Shown piece by piece: positions 19,176 through 28,750 of a DNA stretch of 64,000 nucleotides. The first letter of the stretch is position 1, and every line of letters begins with the position of its first letter. The notes under the pieces were generated by a model. It worked only from the letters and a program-made list of their open reading frames with translations. It was not told the origin of the DNA and did no database searches. The position numbers and the translations under genes were made by a program. Origin of the DNA: an uncultured Peptococcaceae bacterium (GTDB lineage: Bacteria > Bacillota > Peptococcia > Peptococcales > Peptococcaceae). Location: positions 16,105 through 80,104 of the forward strand of contig CAJUDO010000012.1 in NCBI GenBank assembly GCA_910585405.1. The letters are read 5' to 3'.

Positions 19176-20717
19176 GTGAAAAATGAGATGATTATTGTAT
19201 TGGATTTTGGTGGTCAGTACAATCAATTGATTGCCCGGCGGGTGAGAGAGTGCAATGTATATTGTGAGGTACACCCTTATACTATGACAATAGAGAAAAT
19301 AAAAGAACTGAATCCCAAAGGAATTATTTTTACCGGAGGGCCAAATAGTGTCTATGGCGATGATGCACCCAGCTATTCCACAGAAATTTTTGAATTGGGG
19401 ATTCCAGTATTGGGGATTTGCTATGGTTCCCAGTTGATTGCGCATCTTTTAGGCGGTAAAGTTGAAACTGCACCTGTGAGTGAATATGGTCATACCGAAG
19501 TACAGGTGGACAATCAGTCAATCTTATTTGACAATGTCACAGCCAATACAGTTTGCTGGATGAGCCATACCGATTATATTGCGCAAATGCCGGAAGGTTT
19601 TAATATGACGGCACATACTGCAGTATGTCCTGTAGCTGCTATGGAGAATGCCGAGCGCAAAATTTATGCAACGCAGTTCCATCCTGAAGTAATGCATACC
19701 AAAGAAGGTATGAGAATGCTATCCAACTTTGTGTATAAGGTGTGTGGCTGTAGCGGTGATTGGAAAATGGATGCCTTTGTAGAAACCACCATTGCGCAGA
19801 TTCGGGAAAAGGTTGGCGACGGCAAAGTGTTGTGCGCATTGTCTGGCGGTGTGGATTCTTCAGTGGCTGCCGTAATTTTGGCCAAAGCTGTAGGCAAGCA
19901 GTTGACTTGTGTTTTTGTGGATCATGGTTTGTTGCGTAAAAATGAAGGCGATGAAGTAGAAGCTGTATTTGGTCCAGATGGTCCTTACGATTTAAATTTC
20001 ATTCGTGTGAATGCCCAACAGCGTTTTTATGACAAATTGGCAGGTGTGACAGAACCAGAAACAAAGCGAAAAATCATCGGAGAAGAATTTATCCGTGTGT
20101 TTGAGGAAGAAGCCAAGAAAATCGGCGCGGTGGACTTCCTGGTGCAGGGGACTATCTATCCGGATGTGATTGAAAGCGGATTGGGGAAATCTGCAGTCAT
20201 TAAGTCGCATCATAATGTAGGCGGATTGCCTGATTATGTGGATTTCAAAGAAATCATTGAACCGCTGCGTTTATTGTTTAAGGATGAAGTGCGCAAAGCC
20301 GGTTTGGAATTAGGAATTCCAGAATATCTGGTATATCGTCAGCCGTTCCCTGGTCCGGGCTTAGCCATTCGGATTATTGGAGAAGTGACCGAAGAAAAAA
20401 TAAAAATTCTGCAGGATGCTGATGCGATTTATCGGGAAGAAGTGGACAAGGCCGGATTATCCCGCGGAATTGGTCAATATTTTGCAGCACTGACCAACAT
20501 GCGTTCCGTAGGTGTTATGGGCGATTTCCGTACCTATGACTATGCCGTGGCCCTGCGGGCAGTAGAAACTTCCGATTTCATGACCGCCGATTCCTTCGAG
20601 ATGCCATGGGAAGTGTTGAAAAAAGTAACCAACAGAATTGTAAACGAAGTAAAAGGTGTGAACCGTGTGCTGTATGATTGCACCGGCAAACCGCCAGCTA
20701 CAATAGAGTTCGAGTAA
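19176..20717 (+). CDS. guaA: GMP synthase (glutamine-hydrolysing)
   Basis: GATase domain ([10 protein letters not shown]), ATP-PPase SGGVDSS, canonical C-terminus ...PPATIEFE. Start is uncertain: GTG at 19176 or ATG at 19188. Confidence 0.95.
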   Translation: MKNEMIIVLDFGGQYNQLIARRVRECNVYCEVHPYTMTIEKIKELNPKGIIFTGGPNSVYGDDAPSYSTEIFELGIPVLGICYGSQLIAHLLGGKVETAPVSEYGHTEVQVDNQSILFDNVTANTVCWMSHTDYIAQMPEGFNMTAHTAVCPVAAMENAERKIYATQFHPEVMHTKEGMRMLSNFVYKVCGCSGDWKMDAFVETTIAQIREKVGDGKVLCALSGGVDSSVAAVILAKAVGKQLTCVFVDHGLLRKNEGDEVEAVFGPDGPYDLNFIRVNAQQRFYDKLAGVTEPETKRKIIGEEFIRVFEEEAKKIGAVDFLVQGTIYPDVIESGLGKSAVIKSHHNVGGLPDYVDFKEIIEPLRLLFKDEVRKAGLELGIPEYLVYRQPFPGPGLAIRIIGEVTEEKIKILQDADAIYREEVDKAGLSRGIGQYFAALTNMRSVGVMGDFRTYDYAVALRAVETSDFMTADSFEMPWEVLKKVTNRIVNEVKGVNRVLYDCTGKPPATIEFE

Positions 20718-20733
20718 AGAAGGATTGCATATT

Positions 20734-21039
20734 ATGGCTGATTTGGAACAGAAATTCAAATTAGAACTTGAAGATAAAATGCGCAGAGCAAAAAAAGAAT
20801 GCCAATACAATCCGACCCGGTTTAATCAGATGCTTTCAAAGTACGGAGCCGTAGAAACAGCCAAACGACTAATTTCCAACGCAAAGAAAACCGGAATTGT
20901 TTCCGATGGGTTTACAACATTGTATTTGTGTGGTCGTTTAGATTTAACTGTGGAACATTCCGTATGCAAGAAAGAGTATCAACCTCTTTTTTCATCGGAC
21001 GAAATTGCATATTGTGAGGAACTATTGAAAACCTCGTAG
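20734..21039 (+). CDS. Hypothetical 101-aa protein inside the guaA-end islet
   Basis: ATG at 20734 with an AAGGA RBS. No motif recognised. Confidence 0.45.
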   Translation: MADLEQKFKLELEDKMRRAKKECQYNPTRFNQMLSKYGAVETAKRLISNAKKTGIVSDGFTTLYLCGRLDLTVEHSVCKKEYQPLFSSDEIAYCEELLKTS

Positions 21040-21241
21040 TTGTATTTTTGCCCTTTGCATGGTAAAATAGCCCTATTCACTATTTGAGCAAACCCAATAT
21101 ATTTGTACTCCCGTTATCATATCTGATAACAATATGATAACAGCCCAATCGTATAGGCTGAATAATATGGATATATCAAATAATCAAAAGAACAGGGCAT
21201 TATATTTCCGAAGCAAAATCCGTTAGGATATGATGCCTAGC

Positions 21242-21256
21242 ATAGAGTTCGAATAA
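21242..21256 (+). repeat. Degenerate second copy of the guaA 3' end (direct repeat of 20703-20717)
   Basis: ATAGAGTTCGAATAA versus ATAGAGTTCGAGTAA, a 14/15 match. Both read IEFE-stop. Confidence 0.6.
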
Positions 21257-21336
21257 TTGTGGAAACGGCGCAAACTATATTGGTTGAGCGAAAAGTAACC
21301 CTTGAAAATAGGGTTTTGACATTAAAATGACATTAT

Positions 21337-21380
21337 AAAAGGGGAAGCGTTATGCAACCCCTTTTATTTTGCGTTTTTTT
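21337..21380 (+). terminator. Intrinsic terminator without an adjacent gene (probable ancestral guaA terminator)
   Basis: AAAAGGGG-13 nt-CCCCTTTT followed by a T-rich run. Confidence 0.55.
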
Positions 21381-22140
21381 TCTGGTAGTTTCCTTGAGAG
21401 CGGGTAGCTGGAGCGGAGTAGAGACTACTTTTATCAGGTTTTGAAGTGTGATAGAAAAAATATTTTCTGAAGGAGAGATATATGTACGCTGCTGTTTAAG
21501 ATGTTTATAAATTTTCTTGTTGGGCTATTTATGGTTTCAAGTTTAGTTTTCCATAGTGTTTTAGTAATATTTTCTACGTGGTACACGAGGAGGCTGGCTA
21601 GATATATTTTAATCAGTGCAGCAATAGCGTTCAATAATAATAGTTTCAAAAAATTTCTTTTAGGTTTTGAGCTATTGAGGTTTTTCCCTATATTGGAATG
21701 GACAAGGTCTTTCATTTCGTTCTGCCAATTTCATTACCGCTTGACGTTTTCGTGCTTCGCGCGTTATCTTGTTCATGAAAAGTCATTCTTTTGTGCTTTG
21801 TGGTTTGTGTGAACTTATAATACCACATTGGAATCGACTTCTCTTTTTGGGGCTCAAATCATTTTAACACATACATGCGCAATATATTTTTACTGAGAAT
21901 CTATGAATTGTTAAAATGCATTTGGCAGTACAAAATGAAAAAGAAGTTATAGTTAAACACTTGTGAAATCATGTAATTGATGTTATAGTAAAGTAAAAGA
22001 AGAAAGAAACTTCTTTCCTTGTTACACCACGAAAAAATAGTTCCATGGGTGAGAAAATAATTCTTTCTATCATAAATGAATTGAGAACAATATTTTGCAG
22101 CAGTGTGTATACTGCCAAAAGAAAAACAGGAGGCTGAATC

Positions 22141-22518
22141 ATGAGAACACAGGAATCGGGAGAAGATTATTTAGAAGCGATTTTGCTGCTGTATCGCAAG
22201 CAGGGCTATGTGCGTTCCACAGACATTGCCAATGCTATGAACTACACAAAAGCAAGTATCAGTCGCGCAGTAAGAATTTTAAAAGATGCGGATTATATCT
22301 ATTTGGATCCCAATAAAATGATCTTTCTCACAGAAAAAGGGGAAGCGAAGGCGTTGGAAATCTATGAGCGCCATCAGGTGATTGCAGAATATCTGGAAAA
22401 AGTGGTAGGCGTAGACCCCGAAACCGCTGACCAGGATGCCTGCCATATGGAGCATATTCTCAGCGATCAAACCTTCGACGGAATTAAGCGTTTGTTGAAA
22501 GAAGCGAAGGAAGCATGA
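22141..22518 (+). CDS. DtxR/MntR-family metal-dependent transcriptional repressor
   Basis: ESGEDYLEAILLL ... VRSTDIANAMNYTKASISRAV wHTH. AGGAGG RBS. Confidence 0.8.
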   Translation: MRTQESGEDYLEAILLLYRKQGYVRSTDIANAMNYTKASISRAVRILKDADYIYLDPNKMIFLTEKGEAKALEIYERHQVIAEYLEKVVGVDPETADQDACHMEHILSDQTFDGIKRLLKEAKEA

Positions 22519-23189
22519 GATATATCACAGATGCGCTGTACAAAAAAATGCAGTTATTTCATCTGCCAGTGGATGGGGATATGAGCTTAGCAGATGTGGA
22601 AGAACTATTTGGCATTGAAGCCGAAGATTTTTTGCTGCAGGAGTTATTGGCTCGGGATGATTGGTATGATACCTATTTGCCAGAGCCGCTACACAGCCGT
22701 TTGTTCGACAGTAATGGTGAGGTTAGTTTGCGGGATCTGGATGATAGCCTTTGGCAGGAGATTCTCCAATATCGGCAGAGCGTCGAACAGGAGTGGGCAC
22801 AGGCTGCGGCGCAGGCGCAGGAAGAAAAAAGAAAACTTATGACAGCTGCTCCCGAGTTGGGCGCTCTGGTGCAGCTAGATTTGCGTGACAGCGAGATTCG
22901 CAGTATTTCCGGGATTGACAGTGATAAGATACAAATTGAGCTTTATCCCCAGTGGGATTTAGGGAAAATTTTAGTGCTGTGCTTTACCGACGTGAAGGAC
23001 AGCTGGATGAGCCGGATGCATCCCGATGATGCCAACTGGTGGTTGGCGGATGAAATAGCCCTTGATGAAGAGCGTCCAGGGAGGTATACCTTGCAAGCAC
23101 TCTTTGGCAATGCCGATTTTGTAGGACAACTGCAATTTTCCTTTGCCGGAGTCACTATCAAGGAACGGGAAGACCCGCTGGAATATTAA
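22515..23189 (+). CDS. Hypothetical acidic protein, translationally coupled to the repressor
   Basis: ATGA overlap with the upstream gene. No motif securely recognised. Confidence 0.55.
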   Translation: MRYITDALYKKMQLFHLPVDGDMSLADVEELFGIEAEDFLLQELLARDDWYDTYLPEPLHSRLFDSNGEVSLRDLDDSLWQEILQYRQSVEQEWAQAAAQAQEEKRKLMTAAPELGALVQLDLRDSEIRSISGIDSDKIQIELYPQWDLGKILVLCFTDVKDSWMSRMHPDDANWWLADEIALDEERPGRYTLQALFGNADFVGQLQFSFAGVTIKEREDPLEY

Positions 23190-23198
23190 TCTTTTGGA

Positions 23199-23235
23199 AA
23201 AAAAGACGAATTACGCCATGAATTCGTCTTTTTTG
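23199..23235 (+). terminator. Intrinsic terminator
   Basis: GACGAATT-8 nt-AATTCGTC followed by T6. Confidence 0.7.
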
Positions 23236-23236
23236 T

Positions 23237-23266
23237 TTGACTTGATAAATTGGTATGTACTATAAT
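23237..23266 (+). promoter_or_regulatory. Sigma-A-type promoter of leuS (TTGACT-18 nt-TATAAT)
   Basis: Hexamers at 23237-23242 and 23261-23266. Confidence 0.5.
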
Positions 23267-23295
23267 ATGTCTTATATGATAGGGGGAGAATGCCA

Positions 23296-25767
23296 ATGAA
23301 TGAACGCTATGATTTTGCCAGTATCGAAAGCAAATGGCAAAAAAAGTGGGCTGAAGAAAAAACATATAAAGTGACAGAAGACAAAAGCAAACCAAAATAC
23401 TATTGTCTGGAAATGTTTCCGTATCCGTCGGGAAACCTGCACATGGGGCATGTGCGTAACTATTCTATCGGTGATGTCATCGCACGGTTTAAGACCATGC
23501 ATGGGTATAATGTACTGCATCCCATTGGTTGGGATTCCTTTGGCTTGCCAGCTGAAAATGCGGCTATCAAACACAAGACGCCGCCTGCCAAGTGGACCAA
23601 AGAAAATATTGCCAATATGAATCGCCAGCTGCATGCCATGGGCTTGAGCTATGACTGGGACCGGGAAGTAACGACCTGTCTGCCCGAATATTATAAATGG
23701 ACGCAATGGTTTTTCCTGCAGTTCTACAAAAAGGGTCTGGCCTACAAAAAAGGCGCTTCGGTGAACTGGTGTCCGGGATGTCAGACAGTGCTGGCCAATG
23801 AACAGGTGGTAGAAGGAAAATGCGAGCGCTGCGACAGTGTAGTAGAGAAAAAATCTCTGGAGCAGTGGTTCTTCAAAATTACAGAATATGCGGACCGCCT
23901 GTTGAAAGATTTGGACAAACTGCAAGGCTGGCCTAATAAAGTGCGCGTCATGCAGGAAAACTGGATTGGCCGCAGCGAAGGGGCAATTTTGCGTTTTCCG
24001 GTGCAGGAAAGCGACGATATCATTGAAGTATTCACCACTCGCCCTGACACGGTGTTTGGGTTGAGTTATATGGTACTGGCGCCGGAGCATCCATTGGTGG
24101 AGAAACTGATTGCTGGCACCAAATATGAGGCGGACGTGCGCGCATTTGTGAAAGAAGTTCAGCAGATGACAGAAGTGGAACGAGTATCCACAGAATTAGA
24201 GAAAAAAGGAATTTTCATCGGCGCCCATGTAGTTAGTCCCGCGGACGGTAAAATCGTACCAATCTTAGTGGGGAACTATATTATTTATGAATACGGCACC
24301 GGTGCTGTTATGGGCGTACCAGCTCATGATGAACGAGATTTTCTGTTTGCGAAAAAGTATGACCTGCCTATCACCATCGTGGTTATGCCCGAAGGGAAAG
24401 AACTGCGCGTAGAGGATATGACAGAGGCCTCCAAAGAAAACGGCATTATGGTCAATTCCGGGCAGTTTAACGGCATGAAAAACGAAGACGCCAAAAAAGC
24501 CATCGTTGACTACCTGGCCGAAAAGGGCATGGGCGAGATGAAGGTCAACTTCCGCCTGCGCGACTGGTTGATTTCCCGTCAGCGCTTCTGGGGCGCACCC
24601 ATTCCCATTATTTATTGCGACCATTGCGGTACGGTACCAGTGCCGGAGGAGCAGCTGCCAGTTATGCTGCCCCATGATGTAGATTTCAAACCAACAGGAG
24701 AATCTCCATTAAAATATATGGAAGAATTCGTGAATACCACTTGTCCTATCTGCGGTCGTCCTGCACGCAGGGAGACAGACACCATGGATACCTTTGTGTG
24801 CTCCAGCTGGTACTATCTGCGTTACACCGATGCGCGCAACGACAAAGAAGCCTTTGCCAAGGAAAACGCAGACCACTGGATGAATGTAGACCAATATATC
24901 GGCGGTGTAGAACATGCCATTCTGCATTTATTGTATGCGCGGTTTTTCACCAAAGTACTCTATGATATGGGCTTAGTCAGTGTCGATGAGCCGTTCCAGA
25001 ATCTGCTCACCCAGGGTATGGTGCTCATGGACGGCAGCAAGATGTCCAAATCCAAGGGCAACATCGTCAGTCCTGAGGCAATTATTGATAAATTCGGCGC
25101 AGATACTGCCCGCCTGTTTATCCTGTTTGCTGCACCGCCGGAACGGGATTTGGAATGGAATGATCAGGCTGTAGAAGGCTGTTATCGGTTTATCAATCGC
25201 GTGTGGCGCCTTGCCTATGACTATGTACAGAGTCGTGGCGGTGAGAACGCAGAAGCTGGCGAATTGAGCAGAAAAGATAAAGATATGCGCCGTCTAGTAC
25301 ACACCACCATCAAACGGGTGACCGATGATGCAGGTACACGATTCAACTTTAACACAGCAATCAGCGCAATTATGGAGCTGGTGAACGGCTTGTATCAGTA
25401 TCGGGAAGTGGCAGACTACAACAAAGCAGTGATGGCAGAAGCGGTAGATACGCTGGTGCTGCTTTTGGCGCCGTTTATTCCCCATGTGACAGAAGAGCTG
25501 TGGCAGGATTTAGGTCATGGAGAGAGCGTACACAAGCAAAAATGGCCTGTTGTAGACGAAGCGGCGCTGGTGGCTGACGAAGTAACAGTGATTGTCCAGG
25601 TAAATGGCAAAGTACGGGATAAAATCTTGATGCCGGTAAATCTCGATAAGGCAGAGACAGAAAAAATGGTATTGGCACAGCCAAAAATTGCCGAAATCCT
25701 TACAGGAAAGGAAGTGAAAAAGGTTGTTGTGGTACCGAATAAATTAGTCAATGTTGTAGTAGGCTGA
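23296..25767 (+). CDS. leuS: Leucyl-tRNA synthetase
   Basis: HMGH (HIGH-type) and KMSKS motifs plus class Ia architecture. The second ATG (23296) is better spaced from the GGGGGAG RBS than 23290. Confidence 0.95.
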   Translation: MNERYDFASIESKWQKKWAEEKTYKVTEDKSKPKYYCLEMFPYPSGNLHMGHVRNYSIGDVIARFKTMHGYNVLHPIGWDSFGLPAENAAIKHKTPPAKWTKENIANMNRQLHAMGLSYDWDREVTTCLPEYYKWTQWFFLQFYKKGLAYKKGASVNWCPGCQTVLANEQVVEGKCERCDSVVEKKSLEQWFFKITEYADRLLKDLDKLQGWPNKVRVMQENWIGRSEGAILRFPVQESDDIIEVFTTRPDTVFGLSYMVLAPEHPLVEKLIAGTKYEADVRAFVKEVQQMTEVERVSTELEKKGIFIGAHVVSPADGKIVPILVGNYIIYEYGTGAVMGVPAHDERDFLFAKKYDLPITIVVMPEGKELRVEDMTEASKENGIMVNSGQFNGMKNEDAKKAIVDYLAEKGMGEMKVNFRLRDWLISRQRFWGAPIPIIYCDHCGTVPVPEEQLPVMLPHDVDFKPTGESPLKYMEEFVNTTCPICGRPARRETDTMDTFVCSSWYYLRYTDARNDKEAFAKENADHWMNVDQYIGGVEHAILHLLYARFFTKVLYDMGLVSVDEPFQNLLTQGMVLMDGSKMSKSKGNIVSPEAIIDKFGADTARLFILFAAPPERDLEWNDQAVEGCYRFINRVWRLAYDYVQSRGGENAEAGELSRKDKDMRRLVHTTIKRVTDDAGTRFNFNTAISAIMELVNGLYQYREVADYNKAVMAEAVDTLVLLLAPFIPHVTEELWQDLGHGESVHKQKWPVVDEAALVADEVTVIVQVNGKVRDKILMPVNLDKAETEKMVLAQPKIAEILTGKEVKKVVVVPNKLVNVVVG

Positions 25768-26169
25768 GCACATGTTTTCAAAACCGACAGGGATGAGTGG
25801 TGCAGCTTTGGAAAGCAGTGTCGCTGACACAAGCAAACCTGCCGACAACGAAACGTCGGTATAATAAAATATCAGGAAGTATAATGAAAAAGCGGAAGGA
25901 ATCTCTTTGCAGATACCTTCTGTTTTTTACAGCTCTTTATATAACAGAAGTAGCTTTTACAATGAATATGAGCTTTTATATTTAGGAGGGAAGAATTGCT
26001 TGATTTGTGATACTGGTAATTTACAGGAGAGTGTAAGCGTAAAGAAAGGTATAAATGAGAATAAAGTATTTGAGTTTGTTCCAAACCAAAAGATAAGTAT
26101 CTTTATTTTGTTATCTGTTAAAATGAAACAAGAAAAAAGATATTAATAATTTTAGGTGGTGACAAAATT

Positions 26170-27081
26170 TTGCGTATTGAACAATTAGAATATATGATGG
26201 AAGTGTCAAAAGTTTCTTCACTGACTACAGCTGCAGAAAATTTATATATGACACAGTCGGCTTTAAGTCGTTCTATTAAAGCTTTAGAGGAAGAGTTGGG
26301 TGGATGTTTGTTAGAGCGTAATTCAGAGGGAGTCTCTTTAACTCAGGCAGGAAAAGAGCTTTTAGGAGATATGGAGCATATACTAAAAGAAATAGATATT
26401 TTCCGTGAGAAGGCATCTGTTATTTTTGAGACAAGTAAGAAATCTAAAGAAAGTATGGAACTAGTTATTTATTCTTTAAGCGGAATTATAGATGCATTAT
26501 TTCCAAAAACCTTAAAACTTTTCAATCGAAAATATAAGAATGTGAAGATTCGAGTTAAAACGGTAATGTTATTGGAGGCGGTTGAATTAATAAATAGTAG
26601 TTGTCAAGGTGTAATTATCATTAATAACTTGAATTCTATTTGGGATAGCGAGTTAGAAAAAAGTGAAAAAGCTTGTAAATTACTATTTGTAGAACAATAT
26701 GCAGTGGTTATGAGAAAAGATTCTTTTTTGGCGAGGAAAAACTTTTTAACAAAAGAAGAGTTAGTGGACTATAAATGTATTATGCATCATAATGGTATGG
26801 ATTATGATGCATTCTTAAATCGCAATACAAACAAAGAAGAAAAATTTGATATATTGTTATGTAGTAATAATCCTGAAGTGGTAAAAGATATGATCTTGGA
26901 ATACAATGCAGTGTACATAGCTGCAAATACAGTTGTGAAAAATTTCTATAGCAATTATTCTGAATTAGTGTCGGTTCCATTGAAAACGGGTAGAGGAGCA
27001 TTGTATGCGATATATGATGAAAAAATTGATAATGTTCCATTAATTGATGAATTTTTAGACTGCATAAAAAAAGCAAGATAG
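26170..27081 (+). CDS. LysR-family transcriptional regulator (TTG start)
   Basis: wHTH VSSLTTAAENLYMTQSALSRSIKALEEELG. Same strand and immediately upstream of the permease-GRE-SDR genes. Confidence 0.8.
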   Translation: MRIEQLEYMMEVSKVSSLTTAAENLYMTQSALSRSIKALEEELGGCLLERNSEGVSLTQAGKELLGDMEHILKEIDIFREKASVIFETSKKSKESMELVIYSLSGIIDALFPKTLKLFNRKYKNVKIRVKTVMLLEAVELINSSCQGVIIINNLNSIWDSELEKSEKACKLLFVEQYAVVMRKDSFLARKNFLTKEELVDYKCIMHHNGMDYDAFLNRNTNKEEKFDILLCSNNPEVVKDMILEYNAVYIAANTVVKNFYSNYSELVSVPLKTGRGALYAIYDEKIDNVPLIDEFLDCIKKAR

Positions 27082-27085
27082 CGAG

Positions 27086-27122
27086 AACCTATGTCAAAAT
27101 AATAGTTGGCATAGGTTTTTTT
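27086..27122 (+). terminator. Intrinsic terminator
   Basis: AACCTATG-16 nt-CATAGGTT followed by T7. Confidence 0.65.
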
Positions 27123-27336
27123 ATGGACTTTTAATAACAATTAAGGTATGAAAAAAAAGAATAGGTGACAGGGGGAATACATGAATAATAAGAATTTCAC
27201 ACTTAGAGAAAAGAATGATAAACTAAATTTATCGTTAACGAGAATTTATGAAAAAAGAGGAGGAAGATAGAACTTTAAAAATTTACAAAATGAAATTTGC
27301 ACACAATAATCATAATTTGCGTTAGGAGTGAATTTT

Positions 27337-28722
27337 ATGTCAGTTTCTCAAAACGATAAAATGAAGATTGATAAGAAAATATTTGCTTGGATTGTGGCAA
27401 TTTTTGTTCCAATAGTTATTTTGTTAATTCCAGAAACAGAAATCTTCAGCTTACAAATTAAGTTGTTCCTTGCAATTACGGTGTTTGGTATTGTAGTGAT
27501 GTGTTTTGAATTAATGGATTACATGGTGCCGGCTTTGTTGATACCGTTAGCATATTATTTATGTAAAGTTTCTTCGGCTGCAGTTGCATTTGGAGCATGG
27601 ACAAGTTATTTGCCTTGGATGTTTCTAGGAATGTTTATCATTACAGAATGTTTTGAAAGAATTGGTTTAATTTCAAGAGTTGCTTATTGGTGTGTTGTAA
27701 AAATTGGTGGTGGTTTCAAAGGATTGGCAATTTCTGTGCTTGTTGCAGGTATTATTTTGTCTTTGGTGTTGCCTGGAGGAAATGCGTTTGTACCTCTAGC
27801 GATGTTTGTCTTGGGCATTTGCCGTGCAAACGGCTGGGAATGCACAAAAGAATCTACAGTTTTAATGATGTATGCTATGTTAAGTACGTACACAGCCTCA
27901 AAGTTTTTATTGGGTCCGTCATTTCTTCTGATGGCTGGAATGGTTGGTGTTACAGAAGGAGTTACTTTTTTTAGGTTCTTATATCATAGTGCAATTTTTA
28001 TAGTATGGATGATATTGATAGCTTTATTAATTTGGTTTTTAATTAAACCAGAGGGCAATATGCATTCCCAAAAGTATTTTGTTGAAAAATATAAAGAAAT
28101 GGGCAAAATGTGTAGTGACGAAAAAAAAGGTAGTTTTGTGGCGATTCTTTTAGTATTAGGGATTTTTACAATGTCTATTCATAAAATTGATATGGGTTGG
28201 TTATTTGTTCTAGGAGCATGTTTATTATATTTTCCAGGGATTAAAATTGGTCATGCTGAAGACATAAAAAAGGTGAATTTTACAATGCCATTTTTTGTAG
28301 CAGCCTGTATTTCTATTGGGAATGTTGCTACCAGTTTGGGAATTGGACAGATTATTGCAGATTTAGTTGTCCCACATATGGAAGGCTTGAGTATAACAGG
28401 AGTATATTTGTGTATTTGGTTCTTTTTATGTGTAGCTAATTTTGTCATGACACCATTTGCCTTGATTGCTTCTTTTACGGTGCCTGTGGTTGATATTACG
28501 AGTAGTATGGGAATTCCTGTTTTACCCACGTTATATTGTTTTGGGTATGCTACCAGTCAAATATTATTGCCATATGAATATGTTGCATATTTGCTGATGT
28601 TCTCATTTGGGACAATGACGATGAAAAATTTTGTAAAAGTTTATGGAAGCAAATTGGCACTGAGCGGGATATTTCTGGCATGTTGCGTAATACCATATTG
28701 GAAGTTTATTGGAATTTTATAG
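27337..28722 (+). CDS. ArsB/NhaD-superfamily (SLC13/DASS-like) anion permease
   Basis: About 12-14 TM, 461 aa, with a central hydrophilic loop. Overall resemblance to anion/dicarboxylate permeases. Family call is tentative. Confidence 0.55.
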   Translation: MSVSQNDKMKIDKKIFAWIVAIFVPIVILLIPETEIFSLQIKLFLAITVFGIVVMCFELMDYMVPALLIPLAYYLCKVSSAAVAFGAWTSYLPWMFLGMFIITECFERIGLISRVAYWCVVKIGGGFKGLAISVLVAGIILSLVLPGGNAFVPLAMFVLGICRANGWECTKESTVLMMYAMLSTYTASKFLLGPSFLLMAGMVGVTEGVTFFRFLYHSAIFIVWMILIALLIWFLIKPEGNMHSQKYFVEKYKEMGKMCSDEKKGSFVAILLVLGIFTMSIHKIDMGWLFVLGACLLYFPGIKIGHAEDIKKVNFTMPFFVAACISIGNVATSLGIGQIIADLVVPHMEGLSITGVYLCIWFFLCVANFVMTPFALIASFTVPVVDITSSMGIPVLPTLYCFGYATSQILLPYEYVAYLLMFSFGTMTMKNFVKVYGSKLALSGIFLACCVIPYWKFIGIL

Positions 28723-28750
28723 TGGTGGGAAAAAACAAGGAGGAATTATT

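Noticed and set aside
21434-21812. Mutually overlapping 93-aa (-) and 103-aa (+) ORFs, plus a 34-codon minus-strand ORF (21672-21776, MNKITREARKRQAVMKLAERNE...) that vaguely resembles an HTH N-terminus of a transposase or recombinase.
   Set aside because: The resemblance is too weak to name a family. The frames are broken and the remaining translations are low-complexity. It may be a relic of the element that integrated at guaA, but I cannot support a mobile-element call.
23190-23295. Looked for a T-box leader upstream of leuS.
   Set aside because: The intergenic region is only about 100 nt and is fully explained by a terminator plus a promoter. There is no specifier or T-box sequence.
23272-24090. 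272-aa minus-strand ORF overlapping the leuS 5' half.
   Set aside because: It is antisense to the unmistakable LeuRS coding sequence. Shadow ORF.
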